A stretch of DNA of 64,000 nt from Fistulifera solaris. Its lineage: Eukaryota. Both the position numbers and the translations under genes were made by a program. Location: assembly GCA_030295235.1 (NCBI GenBank), contig AP026151.1:496001-560000 (forward strand), read 5' to 3'. The notes beneath the pieces are model-generated. The model saw only the letters and a program-made list of their open reading frames with translations. It did no database searches and was not told where the DNA came from. Shown here piece by piece: positions 11,564 through 23,129 of the stretch. Position 1 is the stretch's first letter; each line of letters opens with the position of its first letter.

Positions 11564-13287
11564 TCAAGAAACAGGCTTCTTCCACTTCTTCGCAGGCGAT
11601 GGGGGTACCCCTCCTAGCCAATCCGTGTTCAAATGCTCTCCGCCAGCCGTCTGCTTTTCTTCCCGAGTCGCAGGTTTCGACCACCGTCGTTCCTTTTCGA
11701 CTCCTAACAAAGCATCACTGTCTCCGCCAATCCATCCGCTGTGTCGCATGCCGGGTACACCGCCTTCCGGTTTGTCTGGAACTCCATAGAGTGACTCGTC
11801 GGTGGAGCTAGCTGTTGTCGTCGAGTCCGCGACTGGCGTTGGTTTGGCGACTTGGACTGACTTTAATTCCGAAGTCACTGTGCTATCGACCGTCTTTTGA
11901 GTGGGTGGGCTTGAATATACTTTCTCGGCTGTTTCAGACACTTTGGGTGCTGATTGTTGTGAAGACACATCAATCGCTGCACTGTTCGCTTTCGCCCCGG
12001 ATTGTTTCCACGTTCGGACCGGAGACAATATGGCCGTACCACCAATCCAGTCACTGTTGGCCGTTCCTGTCGCGGCTGGTTTTGTCCATTTTTGGTGGGC
12101 GATGCCGGTACTCCTCCCAGCCAGTCCGTGTTCAAGGGTTCTCCTCCAGCCTCGTGCTTTTCCTCCTTAGTGGTAGGTTTTGACCACCGTCGTTCCTTTT
12201 TGACGCCGAGTAACGCATCACTGTCTCCGCCAATCCACCCCCCGTGTCTCATACCCGGCACACCGGCTTCTGGTTTGTCTGGAACTCCGTATTCGTAATC
12301 TTGTTTATCAGCTGCTGTTGTCTCACTAGCTTCGGGAGTTTCATCGGGGACATCACGTGGCAGTTCTTTCTCGCTCGCTAGTTCTACCTTGACTTCTGGT
12401 TTAGGTGGTAGAGCAGATTCTTCTTCGATTTCGCGGGGTTCTGTATGACTCGAAACTGGTAGCTGAGATACATGTATGGATGCGACTGAATTAGTCACCG
12501 CATCTATAGCTGTTGGTTCAGTAGGGGATTGCTCATCCAGAGTCGTCGTGGTTGCTTTCGCTCCCGATTGTTTCCATTTTCGGACCGGAGACAATATAGC
12601 CGTCCCACCAATCCAGTCGCTATTCAGTTTTTCGGTCGCGGCCGGTTTCGTCCACTTCTTCACGGGCGATGTTGGAACTCCTAGCCATTCCGTACACAAG
12701 CGTTCTCCTCCAGCCTCGTGCCTTTCTTGACGAGTGGTGGGCTTCGACCATCGTCGCTCCTTTTTGACTCCCAGCAACGCATCGCTATCTCCACCGATCC
12801 AACCCCCGTGTCGCATCCCTGGCACGCCGCCTTCGGGTTTGTCTGGAACTCCGTATTCATAGTCTTGCTTGTCCGTCGCCTCACTGGGTTCGGGAGTTTC
12901 ATCCGGGACGAGCGGAGGCGCCGGATCGTTTTTCACGACAGGTACATTGATTTCTGGCTGCTCAGCCGTTGTTGCTATAGGGCTTGATTCTGTCTCTTTT
13001 ATTTCTGCCCCGGTCTTGACCGGCGAAGCCACCACAGGACGGTCGCCTTTGAGATCTTCCGGCTTTTTCCATTTCCTCGTGGACGCAGCGGGACTTCCCA
13101 GCCATTCCGTATTCAAATGTTCTCTCTCGTGATGATCAGATGCTACCGGCTTGGTCCATTTCTTTTCCTTGGAGACTCCCAACATGGCGTCACTGTCTCC
13201 ACCGATCCAGCCTCCATGACTCATGCTGGGGCTCTTCTCGGGCTTGTCTGGGACGCCATAAGGGCTATCGTTTGTTTCGTTTGTCAT
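11564..13287 (-). CDS. Low-complexity protein with four YGVPDKPE..GWIGGDSDALLGV..W.KP modules (frameshift ~12090)
   Basis: ORFs 11875..13287 and 11564..12028 join through an A-run; four conserved modules are separated by S/T/P/E-rich linkers. Confidence 0.8.
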
Positions 13288-13798
13288 AGCAACTGCTTAT
13301 ATCTCGGAAGTGCTTTGGGCATTGACAGTCTTGGTGATCGATCCTCTTGGCTTCTCGTTTGTAAAGCAAAATCAAACAAATGTTTCGTCGAAAGGCGTCG
13401 TCCGAGACGCCGAAGCCGAAGAGGCATTTGTGACTTTTCATGAAGGCGATCTTATCCCTTCTTGTCCCATCCGGTCATGTTTGCTACTTCGTTGTTCACA
13501 GTGCTCCGAAACGCTATTTTCTTAGCCGTGGTCCACTTCGTGTTTATTGTCTCTCTCCGAAAAAGTACTGTCCATCGACAGGTTCAAAGGTAACCGTGAT
13601 GGTCTGTCGGTTGCACGCATCGACAATGAACCAAATAAGCTGCGCTGCTTCGACAAAAGTTTTCGAATGAATTCAATCGAAGAGGATCATTATTGTGGGT
13701 CTGCTAGCAAACAAGCAAGTAGAAAATACTACAATTTTCGAAACTAATCGCATGAGAATGCGAGAGAGTCAAAGAGCCTTCGTGACGAACACTCCACA

Positions 13799-14530
13799 AT
13801 GAACGCGCCTACTTTGAATTTTGTTGAAGCAACTGAGGTGCGTAACAGATCGCAGCCAGCGTCGATCCAAGAATTCTTTTTTCCAATGAAGGATGCGTTG
13901 TTCTACATGAGATTGCTTACTTTCTCGGTTTCGAGATGTTGTGGTGAGAAATCAATTTTATGCAGCGGAGGAAAATACAGGACTGCCGTATTGTGTGGTT
14001 TCAATGACGATTACTACGCAAATCAGATGTTAGACTCTTTGGACTGAATCCTTCCGTGTCGACACTTTGTGTACGCTAGATAGTATCTGAGAAACCTTTT
14101 GATCGCACACAGAGATTGCTGTCGGTGCTATCTATGTATCGTCGTCATTTCGCTTGCCTGCCTTGTTGAATTATTGGTCCCCGTAGGTTTACTGCTGACG
14201 ATGTTTCTATTTTTCCACTCAAAGACTGAAATAACCGTTGAATTCAAGCCCTTGGTAGAACCTGGAGTTGCTTACAAGCTTCAATGGAAGAACTACGCGC
14301 AAGATTGGCTATCTGCCGCGGGGAATGAGAAGAAGGTGACACCCGGCGGCAATCTAACGACCAAGGCCATTGCCACCAACTTAGAGCCCGGTCAAACGTA
14401 CTGTGTGCGTCTGGTGGTAATCGACAGTGCTACCGGCGTCGAAAAGGGCCCACCGGGAAAGGAGTTAGTCTTGGATACCGAACAAGTCGGATGTACGCCC
14501 AAAACCAGCAAGGGTTGCGTGATTCTGTGA
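13799..14530 (+). CDS. Small fibronectin type III-like protein with C-terminal CaaX (CVIL); exons 13799-13837 and 14225-14530
   Basis: Spliced ORF MNAPTLNFVEATE/TEITVEF..YKLQW..TNLEPGQTYCVRL..GCVIL; phase-0 GTGCGT..AAG intron. Confidence 0.8.
13997..14096 (+). ncRNA. Intronic box C/D snoRNA with two LSU rRNA antisense elements
   Basis: Terminal stem GGTTTC/GAAACC; box C ATGACGA 14004-14010; D' CTGA 14044-14047; C'-like GTGTCGA 14056-14062; box D CTGA 14087-14090; guides complementary to conserved LSU sequences CCAAGGAGUCUAACAU and UACUAUCUAGCG. Confidence 0.85.
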
Positions 14531-14701
14531 TGAGTATTATGCCTCGAGTGTCGTCGCACTTTACAGATTTCGTGCTGATGTCTTCGCCATAAAGATTAAA
14601 CTAGATTATTTTTTTCTCTTTGAGGAATGCCTAACTTCGAGACTAGAGTAACCCTATGAAAACTTCTTGGGTATCAATCTAAGCATTAACAAATACTCCT
14701 A

Positions 14702-15570
14702 CTACATAAAATAGAACCGGGCCATGATACGCGCCCAATTCCAACCGAATCCCAAGGGGTATCCCACAAGAATAGCGCAATAGCAAATTACAACGGCCAC
14801 AATCGGAAACAAAAAGACCTCTGTGTGCGACAAGAATGGCAAGGCTCTGTATCCTAAATGTGTAATATACCAATACCAGCTCAAGGCACCTGCGTAGATC
14901 GAATTTGCGATGACCAAGGAAAGTAATCCTTCTTGCAAAATGACGGGGAGGAGGAAAAATTGAACCACGTCTGTGATGCAAGGTGTCAGCATCAGCGTAA
15001 GATCATGTTTGCAACCATTTGTACGAACTTACACAAGAGTACGAATACCGGGAAGAAGGAATTGCAGTGAATATCAAATGCGTAAAGCCATTCGACCTGC
15101 TGTCGCACGTGACTCGTCGATTGTTGCACTACTAACTGACGGTTTGCGATCTCTCGACAAATCGTAGCAATCAAAAGTCCCAAACCCAACCAGTTCCATA
15201 ATACCGTGTATAACAAGAACGATATAGCTCCTTGTAGAGAGATCCGAAAAGCTACAGAATAAGCAATCCCCGCCACCACGAGGAAGACAGCCTGCATCGC
15301 CACAAAGGCCGGGTCATCCCGAGCCCAATGATTTTTCGTTTGTTTTCGATAATAGCTCGTCTTGTAGACAACTTGCGGACGGGTCGATATTAACGTCTTC
15401 ATCTGATCCAAAGCCGACTGAATATCCATTTGCCGCACATCCGTCAAACGCTGAAAGTATTGTAGAGGTCGGTTCGCGGCGGGCACACGTGGTGCCGGAT
15501 TCGCTAAGGGATCCGCGCCCGACGGGACGGCGAGTCTCGATTTTCGGGAGTGAGCGGCTTCAGAGGACAT
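14702..15570 (-). CDS. UNC50: UNC-50/GMH1 family Golgi membrane protein; intron 14971-15032
   Basis: QMD..A..QM, YRKQTKNHWARDDPAF, VEWLYAFDIHCNSFFP, ITHLGYRALPFL. Confidence 0.93.
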
Positions 15571-15954
15571 TGTGACTGCAATCTTTATTTGATGGATGAG
15601 CTTGAACGAGGTTTACGAGTTTTTTGTGCATTATTTGATGCAATGCGAAGTGCTGCGGGCTGCGCTACAAGTATGCACATAACTGCACACGGACGAGCGA
15701 TTGTTGTCATTCGTGGCGGCCCCGCGTACTTTTTCAACTACTCTAACTATTAGTACCGGTCCGACTATCATGCTGTTTAACCCTAGCCTCAATGTTTGGA
15801 TTTCACCATCATCTGTTCCATCTAACTAATCTACTGTCGTTTATCGCTTCTTTTGCCTGCTGACTGCTGATGAAGGATACGAGAAAGCTATGAAAAGAAA
15901 TGTGTTTTTCATCAAAGTGAATTTTGAACGGGCTAATTAAATACAACTGCTGTC

Positions 15955-16746
15955 CTAGTCTTCCATTGCGTCACGATCCTGCTGCAGCTTTTTCTTTGCC
16001 GTATAAATCAGTGACTTGACCATTGCCCGAATTTGCGCGTCTGTCATTACTTGCGAGTTCTGAATGGCGTTTTGTATGACAATGGTGTATTCCGGAAGCG
16101 TGCTATTGAGCCACAAGAATCCGTTGACCCCGATGGCAACTTCAAATTCGATCTTGGCCGCCGCAAGTTCCTGCAAAACGACGTTATCTGGTTGCAACAA
16201 CTGACGAGCCAAGCCTGTAGATATTCGAATTAAATTTCCACCCTTGAGTTCTCCGTAACATCCCTCCGATGTCATCCAGTCTTTCCGTGGCATTCCGGCA
16301 TCATGAGGTCCTAACAAGCACGACAGCGACGGTTCAAGCAACCCTTCATTTAAAGACGAGACCCGTGCGTAAACGACTTGACCAACCTGTAAATGTGGTT
16401 TGTTGCGTTTCGTGGCACCTTCGAACGACAAATTCGATAGAATCGCTAAATGCGACGCGCCGATATTGACACGATAATAGTCTCCGCCGTTGCCATCTTG
16501 TCCCATTCGATCTTCTACAATCCCAACGACTCTGTCTTCTAAACGAGGTCGATAACGGGAAAGATTGACTTGAACGAAATAGGTGTTTTTGTTTTGTTGC
16601 GACAACCAGCCCGCCAGGGTCGCGTACACTTGCTGCGAAGCGGCGTCGTAGCGCAGGCCCGTTCCTAGTTTCGACGAGAGAGGTATGCGTTCCGTCACAT
16701 TGTCGCCTGGTAAAACAGCAACTGTAGCTTGCGCTGATTTCGCCAT
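15955..16746 (-). CDS. RRP40: Exosome complex component RRP40 (EXOSC3)
   Basis: VLPGD, LGTGL, RYRPRLEDRVVGIV, LSFEGATKRNKPHL, FEVAIGVNG. Confidence 0.92.
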   Translation of the reverse strand: MAKSAQATVAVLPGDNVTERIPLSSKLGTGLRYDAASQQVYATLAGWLSQQNKNTYFVQVNLSRYRPRLEDRVVGIVEDRMGQDGNGGDYYRVNIGASHLAILSNLSFEGATKRNKPHLQVGQVVYARVSSLNEGLLEPSLSCLLGPHDAGMPRKDWMTSEGCYGELKGGNLIRISTGLARQLLQPDNVVLQELAAAKIEFEVAIGVNGFLWLNSTLPEYTIVIQNAIQNSQVMTDAQIRAMVKSLIYTAKKKLQQDRDAMED

Positions 16747-17117
16747 GTAAATACTGGTCAAATAGAAATGAAAATGAAAATGATTGTTGTGGTTTTTTTG
16801 AGACTATGCGGCGCGACGCGCAAAAAAACTTGGGTAGACACGCGCGGACGGCCAGACGGAAAGCGACCCGGATGTATCATACAGTACAGAAGAGAGTGGC
16901 CTCCAACGAAGTTTTCTCGCGAAAACCGCAAACGGCGGGGACACACGATACAACCATGATGAACAGCGAGAAATATAATAATAAGGCTCTTCGTTTTGCA
17001 ATAAAGCAGTCATCGGTTCACAATTATACAACACGTGGTTTCTTTGAGGCAAGAACACGAATTGAAGTTGATTTACATCAGTTCTCGCCGGATGGAGTTC
17101 GCTTATGCTTCGTGAAA

Positions 17118-18117
17118 ATGAATAATCGGATAAACATGCGACGCCTTGAATCGTCGGGGGAAAACATGGATGGTTTCTTGGCTCTCTTGATTATGATGGT
17201 GTTTATTTTTTGTGCTGCGTGGTATGTTACTTTATGGCTCTCTGTGTTCATTCCTGTGTTCTCGCACAGAAATCTGTTCTTATAATCTACTTTTTATTCA
17301 ATCAGGGCTCCGACGTGCATTCGAAGATGTTATCGGCGATCGGACGCTGCCAATCAAGGCCGGCGATCTTCGGTTATTGATCCTAGGATGGAAGCAGAAA
17401 TCGAGATGTTCCGTCGCATGATGGAAGACGCAGTCAATGCAATTGCGCCACGAGAGGGTATGACGGTGGATGCTCGCCGCGAGTACATTTTAAATTGCTT
17501 AATGACCAAGGTAAGCAATACAAGTATAAGTCAGCGAACACACGGGTCGAATCTTACGTTTCGATCTGTAGCACATAATTGCTTGCGATAATCAAAATGT
17601 CGATACAGCAACTACGACAAATGAAAGAGACGACGTTGTATTGAGTTTGGGTAAAGATTGTGAAGATGAGGCAGACGACCCGAAAACAACCTGCGCTATA
17701 TGTTTAAGTGAATACGAAGACGGCGACGAAATTTCTTGGTCCCATAATCCCAACTGCCCCCACTTTTTTCATCGCACCTGCATAGCGGAATGGCTTTTAT
17801 CACATGAAGAGTGCCCATGTTGCCGTTTTGATTTCTTGCGATTTGACGATGATGACGAACAAGTCGATATAGAAACAGGATCGCGAGATTTGCGCGTTCC
17901 TCCTATCAGCAACAATGACCCTAACGGTTCGAATGCCGATTTTGCTCGAAATTTACAGCTTTTCTTTGAGTTGGTGGCAAACCGGCGGCCGGCCGCCGAT
18001 GTGCCGACCTCGAATGAAGTCCGCAACCGTGCTACTACCATACCACCAGTGCGGCAGCCGCCACTTGCGAACAACCCAACGATGGAAAGTACAAGCAATA
18101 GCCAAGAGCAATCATAA
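17118..18117 (+). CDS. Transmembrane RING-H2 E3 ligase (ATL-like); introns ~17222-17305 and 17511-17570
   Basis: N-terminal TM segment; CAIC..CPHFFHRTCIAEWL..CPCC RING-H2; GT..AG introns. Confidence 0.8.
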
Positions 18118-18453
18118 CTGCCTAGATAGGAAAGTGCACTGAAGCAACGAAGCGCGGTCATAATCGTGTTTTTGTACATGCGAATGACGATGGGGAAGGC
18201 ACAAGTTAAAGATGCGAAACACCCTTAAGCTAGAAATTTTCTGCTACAACAGCCATAGTATGCCTTAGCATAGGTGGTCGCTTGTCGCATGAGATGGCCA
18301 TGAAGAAGGTGATAGGCATTCAATCGTACGAGCTGCTAGTGACTAGTGAATGAAACTCGTTAGCTAGATCTAGGTTCTATAAGTCGGCACCATAATTCTC
18401 GAATCTTGCTTGGCATTCGATCAAACAGCTGGAGCAACTGACTTAAACTTTAA

Positions 18454-19398
18454 CCCTTTCAGTACCAAAAATTTTTAAGAGTAATATTTGACTCTTTGCT
18501 AATAAACCGTTGATTTTCTTGTCGATAAACCAATTTATCACGAAACAAATCTCACAAATCCAAACAATAACTATAGTTGAAGAAGAAATAATAATTATAT
18601 TTCTTTGTTTTGGCTTAGGATAAATCAAAAATGGCAACATCTAGATTGCAAAGAGTAAATATTTAGTCTAGTGTTCGACACCGTATTAATACCAAAAACA
18701 GAAAACCGTACTATACTGTACTAAACCGGTTTTTGGTTTTTATGATTTTGAAAAAAACGGTTTTTTTCGTTAGACGTCTGTACGCCGTAGACCCTTAAGT
18801 TTCCGGTGGATATCTTTTTTAGCCTAGCACGCCTTTTTCCAAGCAATGGACTATCAGAGCGCAGCAGATCAATAACCAATCACCAGTCTTGATTAAATGT
18901 TGAGTTTTATATTCCTTGCACAGTTTCGTTACGCCAGTAAATAGACATGAATTTTGAGAGAACTTAATGTTTTATTTTCGCTAAGCTTCAAGTAAGCCAA
19001 GAATGTTTTAACCTGGTCAATCAATTGATCACATTGGAAATAATCTCATTGCATAAAAGATCAAATTGGGAAGCTTTTCTTCTTGAAAAGCTTCCTGTAG
19101 CTGTAGCTACAGGGACGTAATGACGGTGTTTTGAATAATACGGAATAAAACCATAAAATACGATAAAACCGGTTTAATACGGTTTAAAACCGTTTTGGTT
19201 TTTTCAATTTCAATAAAACGGTATTTTTCGAACACTAATTTAGTCTACTCTTAGGCTTTTTGGTCAAAATATCGGGGCTGTAGATGTCCGTTGAAATAAT
19301 TTTAGCTGTGTCCGATGTGTACGGCGGACACCAATGACGTCATATAATCGGCGCACTAAGAGTAAAATGTTACTCTTAAGGAATCGGTATTGAAAGGG
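18454..19398. mobile_element. Non-autonomous piggyBac-type element (MITE), interrupted by a hAT MITE
   Basis: TTAA at 18450-18453 and 19399-19402; imperfect ~40-bp TIR CCCTTTCAGTACC..TTAAGAGTAATATTTGACTCTT versus reverse complement CCCTTTCAATACC..TTAAGAGTAACATTTTACTCTT; AT-rich, no ORF. Confidence 0.85.
18669..19237. mobile_element. hAT-type MITE
   Basis: TIR TAGTGTTCGA/TCGAACACTA; perfect 8-bp TSD ATTTAGTC at 18661-18668 and 19238-19245; subterminal AAACCG/CGGTTT clusters. Confidence 0.88.
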
Positions 19399-20147
19399 TT
19401 AAGCTACAGACACTTTAGACTTTAGACACTAGACTATTAATAACTATTATAAAGCTGTTCGTCAAATTGATAAGTTGATACAAGGTTAGGGAATGGAGAA
19501 TGGAGATAGGAAGCGGAGAAGGAAGAAGGAAGGCAAAGGGCATAGAACATAGAGCATGGCCATCAGCAATAGGAATAAGAAATACGTAGGTAGAATAGCA
19601 TGATCAAGAATCATGAATTTACAATCAATAATCAATAATCAATACATGTCGGATTACGAATAGACTGATCAAAAGTCATTTAGCAATAAGCGAAGGACGA
19701 AGATTTCATTTGCTTCATAATCCGTCTCCTGTTGTAGTTGTAAAGTTTATCTTTTACGACTACGAATCACGAGTTTCGAGTCCCGAACTCCTAACGACCG
19801 TAAACGTAAACCGTAAAAAATATATTCAGTACTCCGCCTTATGAAAACCTTTCACGGAAACTGCATGGAAACTGGGTATGAAATTTATGACACATAAAGC
19901 CACTTCTTTCCGGGTGCAGTCGCAGTTCCGATGCATAAAGCGCAATGCGCAATGGACAAAGACGGATGGAGTCAGGCAAAGTACAGTGCTGTATCAAATA
20001 AAAATATAAAAATTTGCAGGGCGTTTGCAAATAAAGATTCAAAGTTGTACAGCCAAAAAGACATTTTCGGTTCTGTTTTGGATGCCACAAACGAGGAGCG
20101 ACAGGCTCATTTTCTCATCTATAGCATCACCGAAAAATTTGGAAACA

Positions 20148-20684
20148 ATGGCACCTAAGTTGTTATCCATCAGAAGTCGCAGATGGCGTAGCACTGCTTT
20201 TGGCAGGGCACAGACCGCTGCAAGTACAGAAGCGAAGAATTTCTTCATCTCTCAAGAGGAAACTGCTTCGGATTCATCAAGTACAAGTATCCACCTTGAG
20301 GTGAATGATCTGGATGATTTTGCATTAGCCATGCAAGACAACCCGTTGAAGGCTTCAGAGTTTGCCGTCATCAACAACGTTAAGCATCTTTCATTACATC
20401 AGAGAAATGCGCACGGTAATGATTGTGATAAAACAATTCGGACTTTGCCGGAAACGACATGGAAACAAACGACTCCAGAAAGTATGATCATCATGTGCGG
20501 CGAAGACACGATGAGCGACGATGACCTTTCTGTATCTACGTTTTCATCAGAAAATACTTTACCCGCGTATTGTAACGATTCACGGATTGATCCCTCTAAT
20601 TCGCCAGACTTCAACGCCGCTATTGCGCTGCAAGAGCAAGAGATCATCCGTCTTGCATTACAAATAAGCTTATATGATGTATAG
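20148..20684 (+). CDS. Hypothetical protein with C-terminal UIM-like helix
   Basis: Open ORF ending in EQEIIRLALQISL. Confidence 0.55.
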   Translation: MAPKLLSIRSRRWRSTAFGRAQTAASTEAKNFFISQEETASDSSSTSIHLEVNDLDDFALAMQDNPLKASEFAVINNVKHLSLHQRNAHGNDCDKTIRTLPETTWKQTTPESMIIMCGEDTMSDDDLSVSTFSSENTLPAYCNDSRIDPSNSPDFNAAIALQEQEIIRLALQISLYDV

Positions 20685-20865
20685 CCCATCGACAGAATTG
20701 CTAATCTTTCGATTTAAGTCGAGTAAAACGTTTGATTTGCGCGAATAGAACCAATATTTCAACATGCTAGTTATCAATCGCACCGAAGTTTCTCGGTCGT
20801 TTGCAGAGTAGCCCGCAAATTTTAGAAACGAAGGGACCCTCCACCAGTAGCTCCATAAACAAAAG

Positions 20866-22669
20866 TTAACTCGATTGCTCGTCTTCGCATTTTCTCGTTA
20901 TCATTTCCATCATTTCATGACCAAACATCACGTCGACGCCTTGTGACGCAAAGAACTTGTTTACGCGCTCGATATCACGATTGAGAAGATCCATAGCGCC
21001 CGGGTGCTTATGATCCACAGCTTGCCCAAAATCGATGAAAACCACATGCAACTCGTCCATGTCTTTCTTTGACAATTCGTCACACCGATTCCCTATTGTG
21101 GATGCAGGAGCGATCAAAATATTGTATTCACTGAGATCTCCATGCACTAAGTGGGCCTTTAAATACAATCTGGCATTAACAGTTGAGTAAATGAATAAAG
21201 CATAGCAAACGCAACAGCATGTAATCTCACCTCTGAAGTGCTGTCACGACTTGTTCATATAACGTTGACCAACGCGAGCTGCCACGCCTTAGATCAAGCT
21301 CACGCAATTGTGGGGCAGGCCAACCATCTTCACCGATAAATTGCATAAACAGTATGTTCTCTTTTACCAAAAGCGGAGAGGGTACAGGGACACCGGCACG
21401 CTCAGCTCGGACTATATTTCGATATTCCTTTTCGGCCCACAAAGCCAGCTGCTCGTGAGGTGATGCTTTTCTGAAGGATTCTCTTCTATAGCGCGGGTCT
21501 CCATCTACATAATCGCCACGAGCGCGAAACTCCTGGATCTTCTTGAATATTTTTACAGCTACATCACTGGTACTCGTCTCAACACCATCCGCATGATGAA
21601 TAACCGCCTCTTTCCCTTCTTTGACGATACCATTCAAATGCTCGATGACGCCGTTATTAATCGCATGTGTAATGCATAATCTTACAGAAGGATCCATTCC
21701 GCGCTTGGTAGTATCTGCATCCGAATTGGCTCGCCCAGTTCCATGAGCAGCCACGCCTTTGTTCGTACTACTTTTCTTTAATGAGCTCATGAAGGAGTTG
21801 TAAGCACGATTGCCAACAATGACATCGTCATCATAGCGGTGATCCAAACCTAATCGGTGAGCATTGGAAAGACCATTCAACTCGACATCGTGCTTTGTCC
21901 TTATTTCATTGTCGGGTCCTATCACAGAGCTCTGATTTTGCCTAGCCCACTCGAGCCTTCCAGCTGTATTCATTCGAAAACCGGGATCTTGTTCCTGAGT
22001 CTCGTCCTCGACCAATCGTGGAGTATTCTTTCGTAAAGGCCATGCATCCATTTCCGCCTGAACCTCTGCTCTAGTTTTTATTCGAACGTTCCCCGTACAA
22101 GCATCTTGTCGTTGACGAGCCAAAACCGTCTCCTTTTCCTGTTCTTCTTGTGCTAAGCGTATCGCAAGCTCTAATGATTTTTTGTGTTCTACTTCGTCGG
22201 CCTCAAGCAGTGCCTTTTGTATTGCCAATTGATCTTCCAAAGATATCTCTTGGTCCGACAAAGCAGATGACAAGTGGGCGTTTATGTCTGCTGTGGCTCC
22301 AGGAGATATTAAACTCTCTCCATTGGAAACTCCGTCTGATTGCAGTAAAGCGCTATCACTTTCAACACTTGGGTCGATTTTCTCCTCCGAATTTTCGGCA
22401 GTGGCCTCTATGAGTGACAGTCGTAGTGCTTGCTGAAGGTACTCATCTTCATCTTCGTAATTGACAGCGGAATGCTCAACATCATTCTTTGAACGTTCGA
22501 TGGCTAATAACAAAGCCTGGTCTTCCTCATCCATCATCTCCGAATGCATTGCTGTTTCCGCACGCTTGCCGTCTTCTTCTTCTTTGAGTATCGACGCAAA
22601 ATTCGTCACAGGACCTCTGGAATGCGCCGCAACGCCCCATATACCATTTCCAGTGTTTCCCGTGTCCAT
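20866..22669 (-). CDS. RIO-family kinase, RIOK3-like; intron 21170-21230
   Basis: GKEAVI, AVKIFK, YVDGDPRY, WAEKEYRN, WPAPQL, LVHGDLSEYNIL, IDFGQAV; pre-kinase TKHD..N..L..N.AYN region. Confidence 0.85.
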
Positions 22670-23129
22670 GATCTGTGCACTGCAGTAGAAGTATCTTGCT
22701 AGGATGGATTTTTTATGTCATCAACACGATCGACTGAATGTGTCGATGATCTCGCTCCCGATCAATCGTGAGCCACGAAAACGCAAAAGGGTGTGCGGGG
22801 CACGGCGTTAAAATGTCGCGAAGACGATAATCCCAGCTTTCACCGTCGTTGGAATGGCCTGAAAACAGTATCTCCTTAGATAGCAAACAGCAAGGTAGAA
22901 ATAACAGTCAAACGTTGTGTAGCTTTAGGAGCCGGGACGACAGCGTGCGCCATATATGAAACATCTTTGAGTAAGAGGCCAATTTTATGGCTCCGAAATA
23001 GTACAATGAAAAATGGCCTAGATGCTAGATATTTCCGGTATTTTGGCGATTTCGAATTTAGAAATAGAGCACTTTGCGGTAAATAATGCTAGACAACAAT
23101 GATGCTTGTGTTTCAAGCAAAATTCTTGC

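Noticed and set aside
11564..13287. CRISPR-like spaced DNA repeats
   Set aside because: The repeats are long, in-frame protein modules with synonymous differences, in a eukaryotic context
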